DNA of 64,000 bases, from NCBI GenBank assembly GCA_963833225.1, contig CAWHXD010000006.1:310846-374845 (forward strand), written 5' to 3'. Each line of letters opens with the position of its first letter. Positions within the stretch are counted from its first letter, which is position 1. Origin of the DNA: an uncultured Chloroflexia bacterium. GTDB lineage: Bacteria > Chloroflexota > Limnocylindria > Limnocylindrales > CSP1-4. This document shows positions 41,832-51,676 of this stretch, one piece after another. The notes under the pieces are model-generated. The model saw only the letters and a program-made list of their open reading frames with translations, had not been told where the DNA came from and did not search any database. The translations under genes and the position numbers were made by a program.

Positions 41832-42783
41832 GCGTCGGGCGCGGGCACCGCAGTCTGGTCCGGAGTCGGCGTGGGGTCCGGGCGGCGTGGGGTCCGGAGT
41901 CGGCGTGGGGTCCGGAGTCGGCGTGGGGTCCGGGTCGGCGTGGGGTCCGGGTCGGCGTGGGGTCCGGAGTCGGCGTGGGGTCCGGAGTCGGCGTGGGGTC
42001 CGGAGTCGGCGTGGGGTCCGGAGTCGGCGTGGGCGTCGGCGTCGGCGAGCCGCCGGTCCAGGTGCCATCGGCGCCGTGCTTCCAGAGCCATTGGCGGAGC
42101 GACATCCCGGAATCGTGCACCCGCTCGGCGAGATCCCGCCCGACGTATCGGAAATGCCACGGCTCGAACTTGTAGCAGGTCTTGCGAGGGCTCTGGCCCT
42201 CGGGGTAGCTGAGCACCCACCCGTATCGCCAGCTGTGGCGCGCCAGCCACTTTCCGGGCCTCGTGGTGCCCCAGTCGCGGTAGGTCCATGGCGCGGCGCC
42301 GCCGGGGGACTTGAGGTCCACGGCGGTCCCCAGCTGGTGCTCGGAGTGGCCCGCCCGCGCGGACGCGAGGATCGCGTGGTCGTAGCCGGAACGGGCGACC
42401 CAGTTCCAGAATGTCGCCTTCTGGGTGGCATAGCTGCGGTACGCGGACTCGACGGCGAATGTCGCGCCGGCCCGCTTCGCCGCGCGGAACATCGCCGCGA
42501 AATCCTTGAGTGCGATCCTGCGGATCCGGCCGCCGCCGCTCGCCCCGGACCGGGCGACGCTCACGAGGTCGGGAGGGACGTAGGTCGACCGGAGCTTGAG
42601 CTCGGTGTCGAGGAGCGAGCGATACCAGTCGGCCGGATCCCGATACCGCGTCAGCGTGTCGCCGATCGTGCACGCCGGTGGGCCACCCGCTGACGCAGGC
42701 ATCGGCGCCGGCCCGACGGTCGTGACGACGAGCGCCGTCAGCATGGCGGCGACGAGGCGGCGATTCAGGCGGGGCCTCCACAT
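41828..42783 (-). CDS. M15B D-alanyl-D-alanine carboxypeptidase (VanY-like) with PTPTPD repeat tail (indels inside the repeat)
   Basis: SAYRSYATQ, GHSEHQLGTAVD, EPWHFRYVG; probable true stop at 41828. Confidence 0.88.
41857..42045. repeat. 18-bp tandem repeat (GGGGTCCGGAGTCGGCGT), about 10 copies, encoding PTPTPD
   Basis: Directly visible; three units are 16-17 bp. Confidence 0.9.
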
Positions 42784-42842
42784 GCGTTGCACGCTAGCGG
42801 ATCAGGGCCAGTGCCCGCCATGGGCCGATCGGCGGGAGCCAG

Positions 42843-43679
42843 TCAGTCCCGCATGGGCCCGGCCACGATCCGCGCGCGGAGCGCGTCCACGGAGACCGCG
42901 GCCCAGTCCGCCTCCACCCACCACGTCGCCCCCGCATCGGCGGCCGCGCGCAGGGTCGCGGTGGCGCGGTCGGGATCCTCGGGCGACGTCGTCCCGCTGA
43001 CGACGACGTCGTACGGGCCGTCGAGCCCGCGCGCTGCTCGTTCGCTCCGGATCCACGCGGTGATCTCCGCCAGTGACGGCGGGTTGGTGCTGGCGGGGTC
43101 ATCGGTGCCCGGCCCCTGCACAACCAGGCCGTCCCAGCGCGCCGCCCGGCGCATCGACCGCTCGTGCGGCCAGGCACCCACGACCCACACCGGGATCCGG
43201 GGGCGCTGGACAGGGAGTGGCCGCAGGGACATCGACTCGAAGGCGTAGTGCCGGCCGGCGAAGGCGAACGGCTCGCCGCGCTGGAGGCCGTCGATGATCG
43301 CGAGCGTCTCGTCCAGCCGGGCGGCCCGCACCCGTGCCTCCGTCGCTTCGCCGACGGTGCCGAAGCCTGCGTCGTCAAGGGCGCCCAGGCCGACCGGGAG
43401 CACGAGCCGGCCGCCCGAGAGGTGGTCGATCGTGACGGCTTCCTTGAGCAGCGTCCAGGGGCGGCGCCGCGACGGGGCGAACACCATGGCACCGAGCCTG
43501 ACCCGCTCGGTCCGGACGGCGATGGCGGCGAGCAGGGTCCACGGGTCGAGGATGTCCATGCCGCCGATCGCGATCGCGTCCCAGGTGAAGACGCCGTCCC
43601 AGCCGGCGGCCTCGGCCCCCACGGCGAGCTCGACCGATGTCCGCGCGTCCCCGGTGGTCAGGACGATCCCGTGTTGCAT
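42843..43679 (-). CDS. LLM class flavin-dependent oxidoreductase
   Basis: AEAAGWDGVFTWD, DPWTLLAAIA, DHLSGGRL, PVQRPRIPVWV. Confidence 0.9.
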   Translation of the reverse strand: MQHGIVLTTGDARTSVELAVGAEAAGWDGVFTWDAIAIGGMDILDPWTLLAAIAVRTERVRLGAMVFAPSRRRPWTLLKEAVTIDHLSGGRLVLPVGLGALDDAGFGTVGEATEARVRAARLDETLAIIDGLQRGEPFAFAGRHYAFESMSLRPLPVQRPRIPVWVVGAWPHERSMRRAARWDGLVVQGPGTDDPASTNPPSLAEITAWIRSERAARGLDGPYDVVVSGTTSPEDPDRATATLRAAADAGATWWVEADWAAVSVDALRARIVAGPMRD

Positions 43680-43760
43680 GGCGCCATTGTGTCCAGCGCT
43701 GCCCGCCCCTGCTTGGCAGCGTGATCGCCCCGGGCCGCGCACACTAGGCTCCATTCCACG

Positions 43761-45413
43761 ATGATCGACACCGTCACCGACCCCGCCGATGCTCGCTCCG
43801 CTGCCCGTCCCGGCCGGCCGGACCGCCGCGCCATCCTGTCCGGCGTCATCCTCACGGCGATCTTCGGGCTGCTGGCAGCCGGCCTCATCGGGCTCGCCCT
43901 GGTCGCCCGCAACGACCCGACCGGCGCTTTCGGTGCCGTGGCGACGGCCACGCCGGATCCCGCCAGCTTCGCCTACGCCGAGGTCAGACCCGCGCCGCCG
44001 CTGCGATTGACCGACCAGGACGGGCAGCCGTTCGACCTCACCGCGCTGCGTGGCCGGCCGGTGCTGGTGTTCTTCGGCTACACCCACTGCCCGGACGTGT
44101 GCCCGGTGACCGTGGGCATCGTCAACGAGGTGCTGGCCGAGGTGGGCGACGGCCCGCGCGCGGTGTTCACGTCGATCGACCCCGAGCGTGACGACGCCGC
44201 GGCGATGAAGTCGTACCTGACCTACCTGCCGCCGGCGTACTACGGCCTGTCCGGCACGCCGCGGGAGATCGCCGAGAACGCCGCGGGGTGGGGTGTCCAG
44301 TACGCGCGGATCGACCAGGACTCGGCCTCCGGCTACGCGATGGCCCACACGGCCGACGTCTTCCTCGTCGATGGGCAGGGCAATCTCCGGGCCCACTTCC
44401 CGTTCGGGATCACGGCCGGTCCAATGATCGACGCCGTGCGCGGGCTGCTCAACGAGTTGGCGGTCGCATCGGGCGACCCCGCGGCGGCGGTTCCGTCCGA
44501 GGCCAGTCCGCCCCGTTCCCCGGTCACGACGACCACTGCCCCCTCCCCGACGCCGGCCCCGACGCCCACCACGGCCCCGACGCCGGCCATCGCCCTGTAC
44601 CCGGAGGTCGTGTCGACGAGCACCTGGGCACGGGAGCCCGACCCGGTCATCCTGCGGGTCACCGACAGCCTGGGATCCGCGCTCGATGGCTCCATCCCGC
44701 TCACCGTGCAGCTGGCCACGTTCGAGGGCACGCCGCAGGGCGCCCCGGCGACCGCGGTCCCACTCCTTCCCGAGGGCGAGAAGCAGGCCTTCTTCATCGC
44801 GACGATCTCGATCCCCACGCCGGGCGCCTGGCGCCTGCTCCTGGCTGCCGGCGAGGCGGCCGGGACTGTTGCCATCAACGTCCAGGATCCCGGCAGCACC
44901 CTCCCCATCGGCGGCCCGGCGCCCGCCATCGACACACCCACGCTGGATGACGTCGGCGGGGTCGTGCGGGCCGTGACCACCCAGACGCAGCCCGACCTGC
45001 GGCTGTCGCAGACATCGACCGCCGACGCGCTCGCGATGGGCAAGCCGTACGTGATCGTCATCGACTCGGCGCGGTTCAAGGTCTCGCCCGTGTGTGGCCG
45101 GGCCCTGTCGATGATCCGGTTCCTGCTCGACCGCTGGGATGGCAAGGTGGTGTTCATCCACCTCGAGCCGTTCGAGTACCAGATCATCACCGAGGAGCCG
45201 GTGCTCTCTGGATCGCTCACGGATCCGCCGCTCAACCAGTACGCGAAAGCGTTCGGCCTGGGTCCGGATCCGTGGCCCGCGGTCCAGATGCCGTGGGTGT
45301 TCGTGGTTGACGCCGGGGGCACCGTTCGCGCGAAGTACATCGGGATCGTCGGCACCGCGGACATCGACGTGATCCTGACCCAGATCACAGGCCAGGGTCA
45401 GATCGGCGGGTAA
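43761..45413 (+). CDS. SCO1/SenC domain fused to an Ig-like and a second thioredoxin-like domain
   Basis: TM anchor, FFGYTHCPDVCP, MAHTA; after the PT linker ADALAMGKPYVIV..VCG..FIHLEP..PWVFVVD. Confidence 0.85.
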   Translation: MIDTVTDPADARSAARPGRPDRRAILSGVILTAIFGLLAAGLIGLALVARNDPTGAFGAVATATPDPASFAYAEVRPAPPLRLTDQDGQPFDLTALRGRPVLVFFGYTHCPDVCPVTVGIVNEVLAEVGDGPRAVFTSIDPERDDAAAMKSYLTYLPPAYYGLSGTPREIAENAAGWGVQYARIDQDSASGYAMAHTADVFLVDGQGNLRAHFPFGITAGPMIDAVRGLLNELAVASGDPAAAVPSEASPPRSPVTTTTAPSPTPAPTPTTAPTPAIALYPEVVSTSTWAREPDPVILRVTDSLGSALDGSIPLTVQLATFEGTPQGAPATAVPLLPEGEKQAFFIATISIPTPGAWRLLLAAGEAAGTVAINVQDPGSTLPIGGPAPAIDTPTLDDVGGVVRAVTTQTQPDLRLSQTSTADALAMGKPYVIVIDSARFKVSPVCGRALSMIRFLLDRWDGKVVFIHLEPFEYQIITEEPVLSGSLTDPPLNQYAKAFGLGPDPWPAVQMPWVFVVDAGGTVRAKYIGIVGTADIDVILTQITGQGQIGG

Positions 45414-45420
45414 CGGGCCC

Positions 45421-45492
45421 CCGCGTGCCGGCTCTGGCCCGGCGCCGCGTGCCGGCTCCGGCCCGGCGCCGCGTGCCGGCTCCGGCCCGGCC
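45421..45492. repeat. 24-bp tandem repeat (CCGCGTGCCGGCTCYGGCCCGGCG) x3
   Basis: Directly visible just after the SCO stop codon. Confidence 0.85.
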
Positions 45493-45708
45493 CCGGCCGC
45501 CCGCCAGCCACGACTCACTGCGCCAGGTATCACTCCCCGGTGCTGCACCAACGGCCGACAGTGTCCAGGACGCGCTGCCTATCGCCCCCCGGTGATGTAG
45601 CCGTCGAATCCGGACCGCGGCCTGTTGCTACATCGGGCCAGAGCGATGTCCGGTGCGTTTCGGCTCGCGGGCCGCGGCTCGCGGGCCGCGGAGTGCTACG
45701 GTCTGGGG

Positions 45709-46646
45709 ATGATCCCCCGACGAGCCGGCCGCCCCATCGGCGTCGGCATCCAGCTGCCAGAGGTGGAGCGCGAGGTTCGCTGGCCAGAGCTGCGCGCGAT
45801 CGCCCGCACGGCGGAGCAGGCGGGTTTCGACTCGATCTGGGTGGGTGACCACCTGCTCTATCGATACGCGGACCGATCGGCCCGTGGACCCTGGGAGGCG
45901 TGGACCACGCTCGCCGGCCTGGCCGAGGCCACGGAGCGGGTGATGATCGGCCCGCTGGTCGCCGCTGCCTCATTCCACGCTCCGTTCATGCTGGCCAAGC
46001 TCGCCGCCACGGTGGACGAGATCTCCGCCGGCCGGCTGGTGCTGGGCGTGGGCGCGGGCTGGAACCCGGTCGAGTTCTCGGCGCTGGGCGTCCCATTCGA
46101 CCACCGGATCAGCCGGTTCGAGGAGGCGTTCACCATCGTGCGCACCCTCCTCCGCGACGGGTTCATCGACTTCGAAGGCGAGTTCTTCACGGCCCGCGAG
46201 GCGGAGCTGCTGCCACGACCGGCCGCGGCCCGGCGGTCCGGAGATCCTGGTCGGGTCCTCCGGTCCGCGGATGCTGGCGCGCGACGCTCCCGTACGCCCA
46301 GGCGTGGAATGCCTGGTACGCGGATACCCGCAACTCGCCGGGCGGCGTGCCGGCGCTGCGCGAGGTGGTGGACCAGGCGGCTCGCGAAGTCGGCCGCGAC
46401 CCCGCCGACATCGAGCGGACGGTGGCGGTCCAGGTGCGGATGCCGGGTGGCACCGGGCGGGTCATGGGCGACACCGATGCGCGGATGGCGGTGCCGCCGC
46501 TGGAGGGCAGCCCGGAGCACATGGCGGCCGAGCTGCGCGCCTACGCCCGAGAGGGGATCGGGCACGTGCAGCTGGTCGTGGATCCCATCACCGAGGAGTC
46601 CGTCGCCGCCCTGGCCACGGTGCTGGAGTGGCTCGACCGGGACTGA
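45709..46646 (+). CDS. LLM class flavin-dependent oxidoreductase (frameshifts around 46225-46280)
   Basis: AEQAGFDSIWVGDHL, DEISAGRLVLGVGAGW; C-terminus in the frame ending at 46646. Confidence 0.85.
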
Positions 46647-46737
46647 CCAGGGTGTCGCGTCACGGAGCGTGAGCCGGCGGGTCGTCACCGGCCCGACCCC
46701 GTGCTAGCATCCCGGCCCACTCACGCCGAACGAGCGT

Positions 46738-47241
46738 GTGGTTGGGAGGGCCCAGCCGGTGACCGAGGCTCGGACGCGTACCGCCCGCACCCACGAGGTG
46801 TCGGACCTCGACAAGCGGATCATCGAGCACCTGCAGGAGGATGGCCGCCGCCCCTTCACGCAGATCGCGGGCGACCTGGGAGTCAGCGAGGCCGCGGTGC
46901 GCGCCCGGACGGGGCGCCTGATCGAGCGGGGGATTCTCCAGGTCGTCGGCGTCACCGATCCGCTCAAGCTGGGCTTCCAGCAGATGGCGATGATCGGGAT
47001 CAAGGTCGAAGCGGCCCGGCTGATCGAGGTGGCCGAGGAGATCGCCTCGTTCCCGGAGACGGACTACGTCGTCGTCACGGCCGGCACCTACGACATCCTC
47101 GTGGAGTGTGTCGCGGCGGACAACGAGGCCCTGCTCCAGTTCCTCTCCGAGCGGCTGCGCAAGATCAAGGGCGTGCGCGAGACGGAGACCTTCGTCTACC
47201 TGCGGCTGATGAAGCAGAGCTACCAGTGGGGCACGCGCTGA
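46738..47241 (+). CDS. Lrp/AsnC family transcriptional regulator
   Basis: LDKRIIEHLQEDGRRPF..LGVSEAAVRAR, TAGTYD. Confidence 0.93.
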   Translation: MVGRAQPVTEARTRTARTHEVSDLDKRIIEHLQEDGRRPFTQIAGDLGVSEAAVRARTGRLIERGILQVVGVTDPLKLGFQQMAMIGIKVEAARLIEVAEEIASFPETDYVVVTAGTYDILVECVAADNEALLQFLSERLRKIKGVRETETFVYLRLMKQSYQWGTR

Positions 47242-47320
47242 CGTCATCCTGATGCCGTCCCGTCGGCCGAGCCTTGGTCGCCGGCGGGCGGGGCGGGCGC
47301 TCCCCGCGTATGATCGCCCC

Positions 47321-48547
47321 GTGACCGACGAGCGACCCCGTCCCCGTCCCGGCTCCCCGGATTCCCACGGCCCCAGCACCCGCGCGATCCGGGCCGCCTC
47401 GCGTGTGCCGGACGTGCGCCAGGTGCCGACCTCCGTGCCGATCTACCAGACGGCCACGTTCGCCGCGGGCGATGCCGAGGAGCTGGCGGCCGTCCTGGCG
47501 GGTGACCGGCCGGGCTACGCGTACTCGCGGATCGACAACCCCACCGTGGACGTCCTGGGCGACGCGGTCGCGGACCTCCATGGCGCCGAGGCCGGGTTGG
47601 CCCTCGCCACCGGGATGGCGGCCATCCATGCCGGGCTCCTGTCGCTGCTCAGCGCCGGCGACCGGATCCTGATGGAAATCGTGGGCTACGGCACCACGCG
47701 GACCCAGGCGGTCGCCGCGTTCGGCCGCCTCGGCTGCGAGATCGCCTACGTGGACACGAGCAACGTCGCCGCGGTCGAGGCCGCCCTCGCCGCGGCGCCC
47801 ACGCGGGTGCTCCACGTGGAGACCATCGCGAACCCCACCTGCGTCATCGCCGACCTGCCCGCGCTGGCCGAGCTCGCGCATCGCCACGGCGCCCTGCTCA
47901 CGGTGGACAACACGTTCGCCTCGCCGATGGTCTGCCGCCCGCTGGAGCACGGTGTCGATCTCGTGTTCGAATCCGCGACCAAGTACCTGGGCGGGCACAG
48001 CGACGTCATGGCCGGGGTCGTGGTCGGCTCGCGGGAGCGGATCCGCGCCGTCCGCTCGGCGCAGATCGACACGGGAGCCACCCTGGCGCCGTTCTCGGCG
48101 TTCCTGGTGCTGCGCGGGATCGCGACCGTCGCGGTGCGGATGGAGCGCCAGGCGCGGACGGCCCAGGCGCTCGCGACCTTCCTCGAGGCTCGGGACGGCG
48201 TGCGTACCGTCACCTATCCCGGGCTGCCGAGCCATCCGCAGGCGGCCGTCGCCGCCCGAATCCTGGACTCGGGCGGGGCGATGCTCGCGGTCGACCTGGC
48301 CGACGGTCGCGAGGCGGGCCGGGCGTTCTCCGATGCCCTCACCATCCCGGAGCGCACCGCCAGCCTGGGCTCGGTGCACACCATGGTCGTTCACCCGCCC
48401 AGCAGCTCCCACCGGGCGCTCGACGCCGCTGCCCTCGCGGCCGCCGGCATCACCGAGGGGCTGCTGCGCGTGAGCGTGGGCCTGGAGGACGAGGCGGACC
48501 TCGTCGCCGACTTCGGGCACGCGCTCGAGGCCGCCCGGGAGGCCTGA
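47321..48547 (+). CDS. PLP-dependent Cys/Met metabolism enzyme (methionine gamma-lyase / cystathionine gamma-synthase family)
   Basis: PIYQTATF, YSRIDNPT, VDNTFASP, SATKYLGGHSD, SLG, LLRVSVGLED. Confidence 0.92.
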   Translation: MTDERPRPRPGSPDSHGPSTRAIRAASRVPDVRQVPTSVPIYQTATFAAGDAEELAAVLAGDRPGYAYSRIDNPTVDVLGDAVADLHGAEAGLALATGMAAIHAGLLSLLSAGDRILMEIVGYGTTRTQAVAAFGRLGCEIAYVDTSNVAAVEAALAAAPTRVLHVETIANPTCVIADLPALAELAHRHGALLTVDNTFASPMVCRPLEHGVDLVFESATKYLGGHSDVMAGVVVGSRERIRAVRSAQIDTGATLAPFSAFLVLRGIATVAVRMERQARTAQALATFLEARDGVRTVTYPGLPSHPQAAVAARILDSGGAMLAVDLADGREAGRAFSDALTIPERTASLGSVHTMVVHPPSSSHRALDAAALAAAGITEGLLRVSVGLEDEADLVADFGHALEAAREA

Positions 48548-48589
48548 GCCATCGCGACGATCGCCGCCGGCCGGTCCGACGCGCGCCCT

Positions 48590-50062
48590 GTGCGCCCCGA
48601 GCGCGGTCCCGCGTCCCGCCTGGGCAACGCCGTCTGGGGCCTGCTGACCTCGGTCGACTTCGCCGTGCTCCAGATCATCGTGCTGGCGCTGTTCGCCGTC
48701 GTCGGCATGACGCTCCGCCAGCTGCCTGGCTTCGCGTTCCGCTCGCCCACCGACTACACGAACGAGATGGCCAAGCTCCACACGCTCTACGACCCGGGCC
48801 TGGGTGTCGGCGTGGTGGATGCGCTGGAGCGGCTCCAGCTGTTCCAGGTCTTCACCTCGACCTGGTTCAGCGTGGGCCTGGTCGTCCTGATTCTCTCGAT
48901 CGTGGCCTGCACCCTGGACCGCCTGCCGCGGCTGTGGCGCCAGTCGGCGGACATCCGGGTGGTGCAGCCCGACCCGTACTACGACCCCGACCTCCCGGAC
49001 CGGGCCCTGATGTCGGGCGTGGACGGCGACGCGGCAGCCGGCGTGCTCCGTCGCCACCGGTTTGCCGTGCACCGCGACGCCACCGGCGGGGTCGCGTACC
49101 TGTACGGCGACCGCAACCGGTGGGTGAAGCTCGCGACGCTGCTCACGCATCTGGGGCTGATCCTGTTCCTGGTGGCCGCCGCGGTCACCGCGCGCCTGGG
49201 CATTGAGCAGGGGCTGGTCGTGGCCGAGGGCGAGTCGCTGACCGTCGGGCCGATCGGGACACCGGGCCTGCTCCTGGTCCAGAACCTCGGTTTCGAGGCT
49301 CCCGGGTTCGAGACCGGCAAGCCCACCGACTTCACCACGCACCTGGCGGTCTATCGCGACGGACAGCGGATCGCGGACAAGGTGATCCGGGTCAACGACC
49401 CGCTCGAGGTCGACGGCTTCACGTTCCACCAGAACGGCTTTGGGCCCGCGCCGGACCTTGTCATCCGCGACGCGGCCGGCAAGCCGCTCTGGACCGGCCC
49501 GATCCCGATGACCGACGAGGCCGCCGGTTCCCCCCTTGCCGAGTTCGGCGTCCCGGGCCGGGACGTCGCTCTCCAGCTGCTGCTGCGCCGCCTGGACGAT
49601 GGGACCGGGGTGCTGCTGGTGCTGCCGTTTCGCGCGGCCGGGGCCAACGCCGACGGGACGCCGGCGGTGGAGGGCCTGGAGCCGCTGGCGCTGACCGTCG
49701 GCGAGGCCGGCACGTCAGCGGGCACGGACTTCTCGGTCGAGCTCCGGAGCGTCGGTCAGTACACGCTGCTGATCGCCAAGAAGGATCCAGGGGCACCGAT
49801 CGTGTGGACCGCGTTCGCGCTGCTGATCTCGGGCCTCCTGATCACGTTCTGGATGCCGCGCCGCCGCGTCTGGGGTCGGCTCGATGGTGACGGGCGGCTG
49901 GCGTTGGTGCTGCGGGCCGACCGGTACGTCGATGGCGAGCGGGAGTTCGGGCGGCTCCTTGACGATCTCGTCGCGTCGCGGCGAGCCCCGGTCACGACGG
50001 GGGCGCCGCCGGACCCCCTGGCAGGATCGCCGCCCCCGCCGCCGGCGCCCCGCGCAGACTGA
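48590..50062 (+). CDS. resB: Cytochrome c biogenesis protein ResB/Ccs1
   Basis: LLTSVDFA, VFTSTWF, conserved His in LLTHLGL, IRVNDPLEVDGFTFHQ, KDPGAPIVW, RRVW. Confidence 0.85.
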   Translation: MRPERGPASRLGNAVWGLLTSVDFAVLQIIVLALFAVVGMTLRQLPGFAFRSPTDYTNEMAKLHTLYDPGLGVGVVDALERLQLFQVFTSTWFSVGLVVLILSIVACTLDRLPRLWRQSADIRVVQPDPYYDPDLPDRALMSGVDGDAAAGVLRRHRFAVHRDATGGVAYLYGDRNRWVKLATLLTHLGLILFLVAAAVTARLGIEQGLVVAEGESLTVGPIGTPGLLLVQNLGFEAPGFETGKPTDFTTHLAVYRDGQRIADKVIRVNDPLEVDGFTFHQNGFGPAPDLVIRDAAGKPLWTGPIPMTDEAAGSPLAEFGVPGRDVALQLLLRRLDDGTGVLLVLPFRAAGANADGTPAVEGLEPLALTVGEAGTSAGTDFSVELRSVGQYTLLIAKKDPGAPIVWTAFALLISGLLITFWMPRRRVWGRLDGDGRLALVLRADRYVDGEREFGRLLDDLVASRRAPVTTGAPPDPLAGSPPPPPAPRAD

Positions 50063-50069
50063 GGCAGTC

Positions 50070-51557
50070 ATGGCCACGCTCCACGACCTGCTCGATGCCG
50101 TGCTCCCCGGCGCAGCCTCGCTGGGTGCCCCTGTCCTCGCGGATGCCGAGGCACCGCCCCTGGGCTGGGTGCGCATCCTGCGGGCACGCGTCCCGGCGCT
50201 CGACGTCCTCGACCCCGGCGACCTCGTGATCGTGCCCGCGAGCACCCTCCCGGTCGTTGCGCCCACGCCCGAGGATGCGCGGGACCTCGTGCAGACGCTC
50301 GCGCGCAGCGGGGCCGCGGCCCTGCTGCTGGTCCCCGGGCCCTCGGACGAGACCTTCTCGGTGTTCGGACCGGTGGCCGCCGAGGCCGGGATCGCGGCGG
50401 TCCGCGTTGACGGCACCGATCCCGCGACGCTGGAGCGCCGGGTGATCGGCTACCTGGTCGACCGTCGAGGGGAGCTGGAGCGGCAGGCCTCGGTGCTGGA
50501 GTCGGACCTTGCGAGGCTGGCCATGGCCGGGCGCGGGCTCGACGCCCTGGCGGCGGCGATCGGTGGCTTCCTGCGGCGGGCGGTGGCGCTCGAGGGACGC
50601 CGAGCCGACGCGCTCGCCGTGCATGCGCCCGCCGACGTCCCGGGCGCGGCCGCCGCGGTGACCGCCTACCTCTCGCGCCCTGGCGCAACGGGCCGCCGCG
50701 TCCCCCTGCCCGGCGCGCCCGGTGATCCGGCGCCAGCCGGCTGGCTGGTCCTCCTCGGCGACCGGCCGGCGAGCGACCTCGACACGATCGCGGCCGAGCG
50801 CGTCGCCCCGCTGCTGTCGCTGGAGCTGATGCTCGAGGCGCAGGTCCGCCGGGCCCGCGACGAGGCGGGCCGCGGCGATCTGCTGCCCTCGGACGGCCCG
50901 CCGTGGGTGGTGCTGTTCGCCCGGCAGTCCGAGCCCGATGACGGCGGCCGCACCCGCGAGGAGGTCCGCTCCGAGCTGCGGTTCCGGTTCGCTGCCCGGC
51001 GCCTCGCCCTGCGCGGCACCAGCGAGAGCCTGGAGCTCCGCGCCGTCGCGGCGCCCGAGCCCGACGACCCCGACGGGACCGGGATCGGGGAGCGGGTCGC
51101 GGACTTCCTGGGCCGGACCGTTGCCGTCTCGCGTCCCTTCGGCGAGGCCGCGGAGCGCCCCGCGGCCGAGGCGACCGCGCGGGCGACGCTCGAGGCCGTG
51201 GAACGGCTGCCGGAGCCGCCGCGCGTCGCGCGTGCCGACCGCCTGCCCGCGTATCGCCTCCTCGCGGCCTTGGGCAACCTGCCCGACGATCGCATCCAGG
51301 CCGCCGCGCTGCTCGAGCCGCTGTCCATCGGGCGCGCATCGAGCGTGCGCGAGCGACTCCAGACGCTCCGGGCGGTCCTCGACCACGCTGGGGCCGGCGA
51401 GGCCGCCGCGGCGCTGGGAATCCACCGCAACACCCTCGCGTACCGGGTTCGCAACCTCGAGTCCCTCACCGGCTGGGATCTGGGCGACCCGGACCTCCGG
51501 CTGGCGCTGTCGGTGGCCGTTCGGATTGTGCAATCGGCACAATCCGAAGGCGCCTGA
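50070..51557 (+). CDS. PucR/CdaR family transcriptional regulator
   Basis: PucR-like N-terminus (GWVRIL..LDPGDLVI); C-terminal AAAALGIHRNTLAYRV..DPDLRLAL. Confidence 0.85.
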   Translation: MATLHDLLDAVLPGAASLGAPVLADAEAPPLGWVRILRARVPALDVLDPGDLVIVPASTLPVVAPTPEDARDLVQTLARSGAAALLLVPGPSDETFSVFGPVAAEAGIAAVRVDGTDPATLERRVIGYLVDRRGELERQASVLESDLARLAMAGRGLDALAAAIGGFLRRAVALEGRRADALAVHAPADVPGAAAAVTAYLSRPGATGRRVPLPGAPGDPAPAGWLVLLGDRPASDLDTIAAERVAPLLSLELMLEAQVRRARDEAGRGDLLPSDGPPWVVLFARQSEPDDGGRTREEVRSELRFRFAARRLALRGTSESLELRAVAAPEPDDPDGTGIGERVADFLGRTVAVSRPFGEAAERPAAEATARATLEAVERLPEPPRVARADRLPAYRLLAALGNLPDDRIQAAALLEPLSIGRASSVRERLQTLRAVLDHAGAGEAAAALGIHRNTLAYRVRNLESLTGWDLGDPDLRLALSVAVRIVQSAQSEGA

Positions 51558-51676
51558 ACGCGGCATTCCGCCCCACCCGGGCGCTCGGACCCGGGCTAGA
51601 CTCCGGCCATTGGCCGGTGAGCCGAGCACAGATCGTGCGGACGGCACTATCGGACCCCGCGGAGGGCTCATTGCGC

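Noticed and set aside
41857-42045. 18-bp repeat array as CRISPR or phase-variation tract
   Set aside because: No spacers; it encodes a PTPTPD linker, and the short units look like homopolymer deletions.
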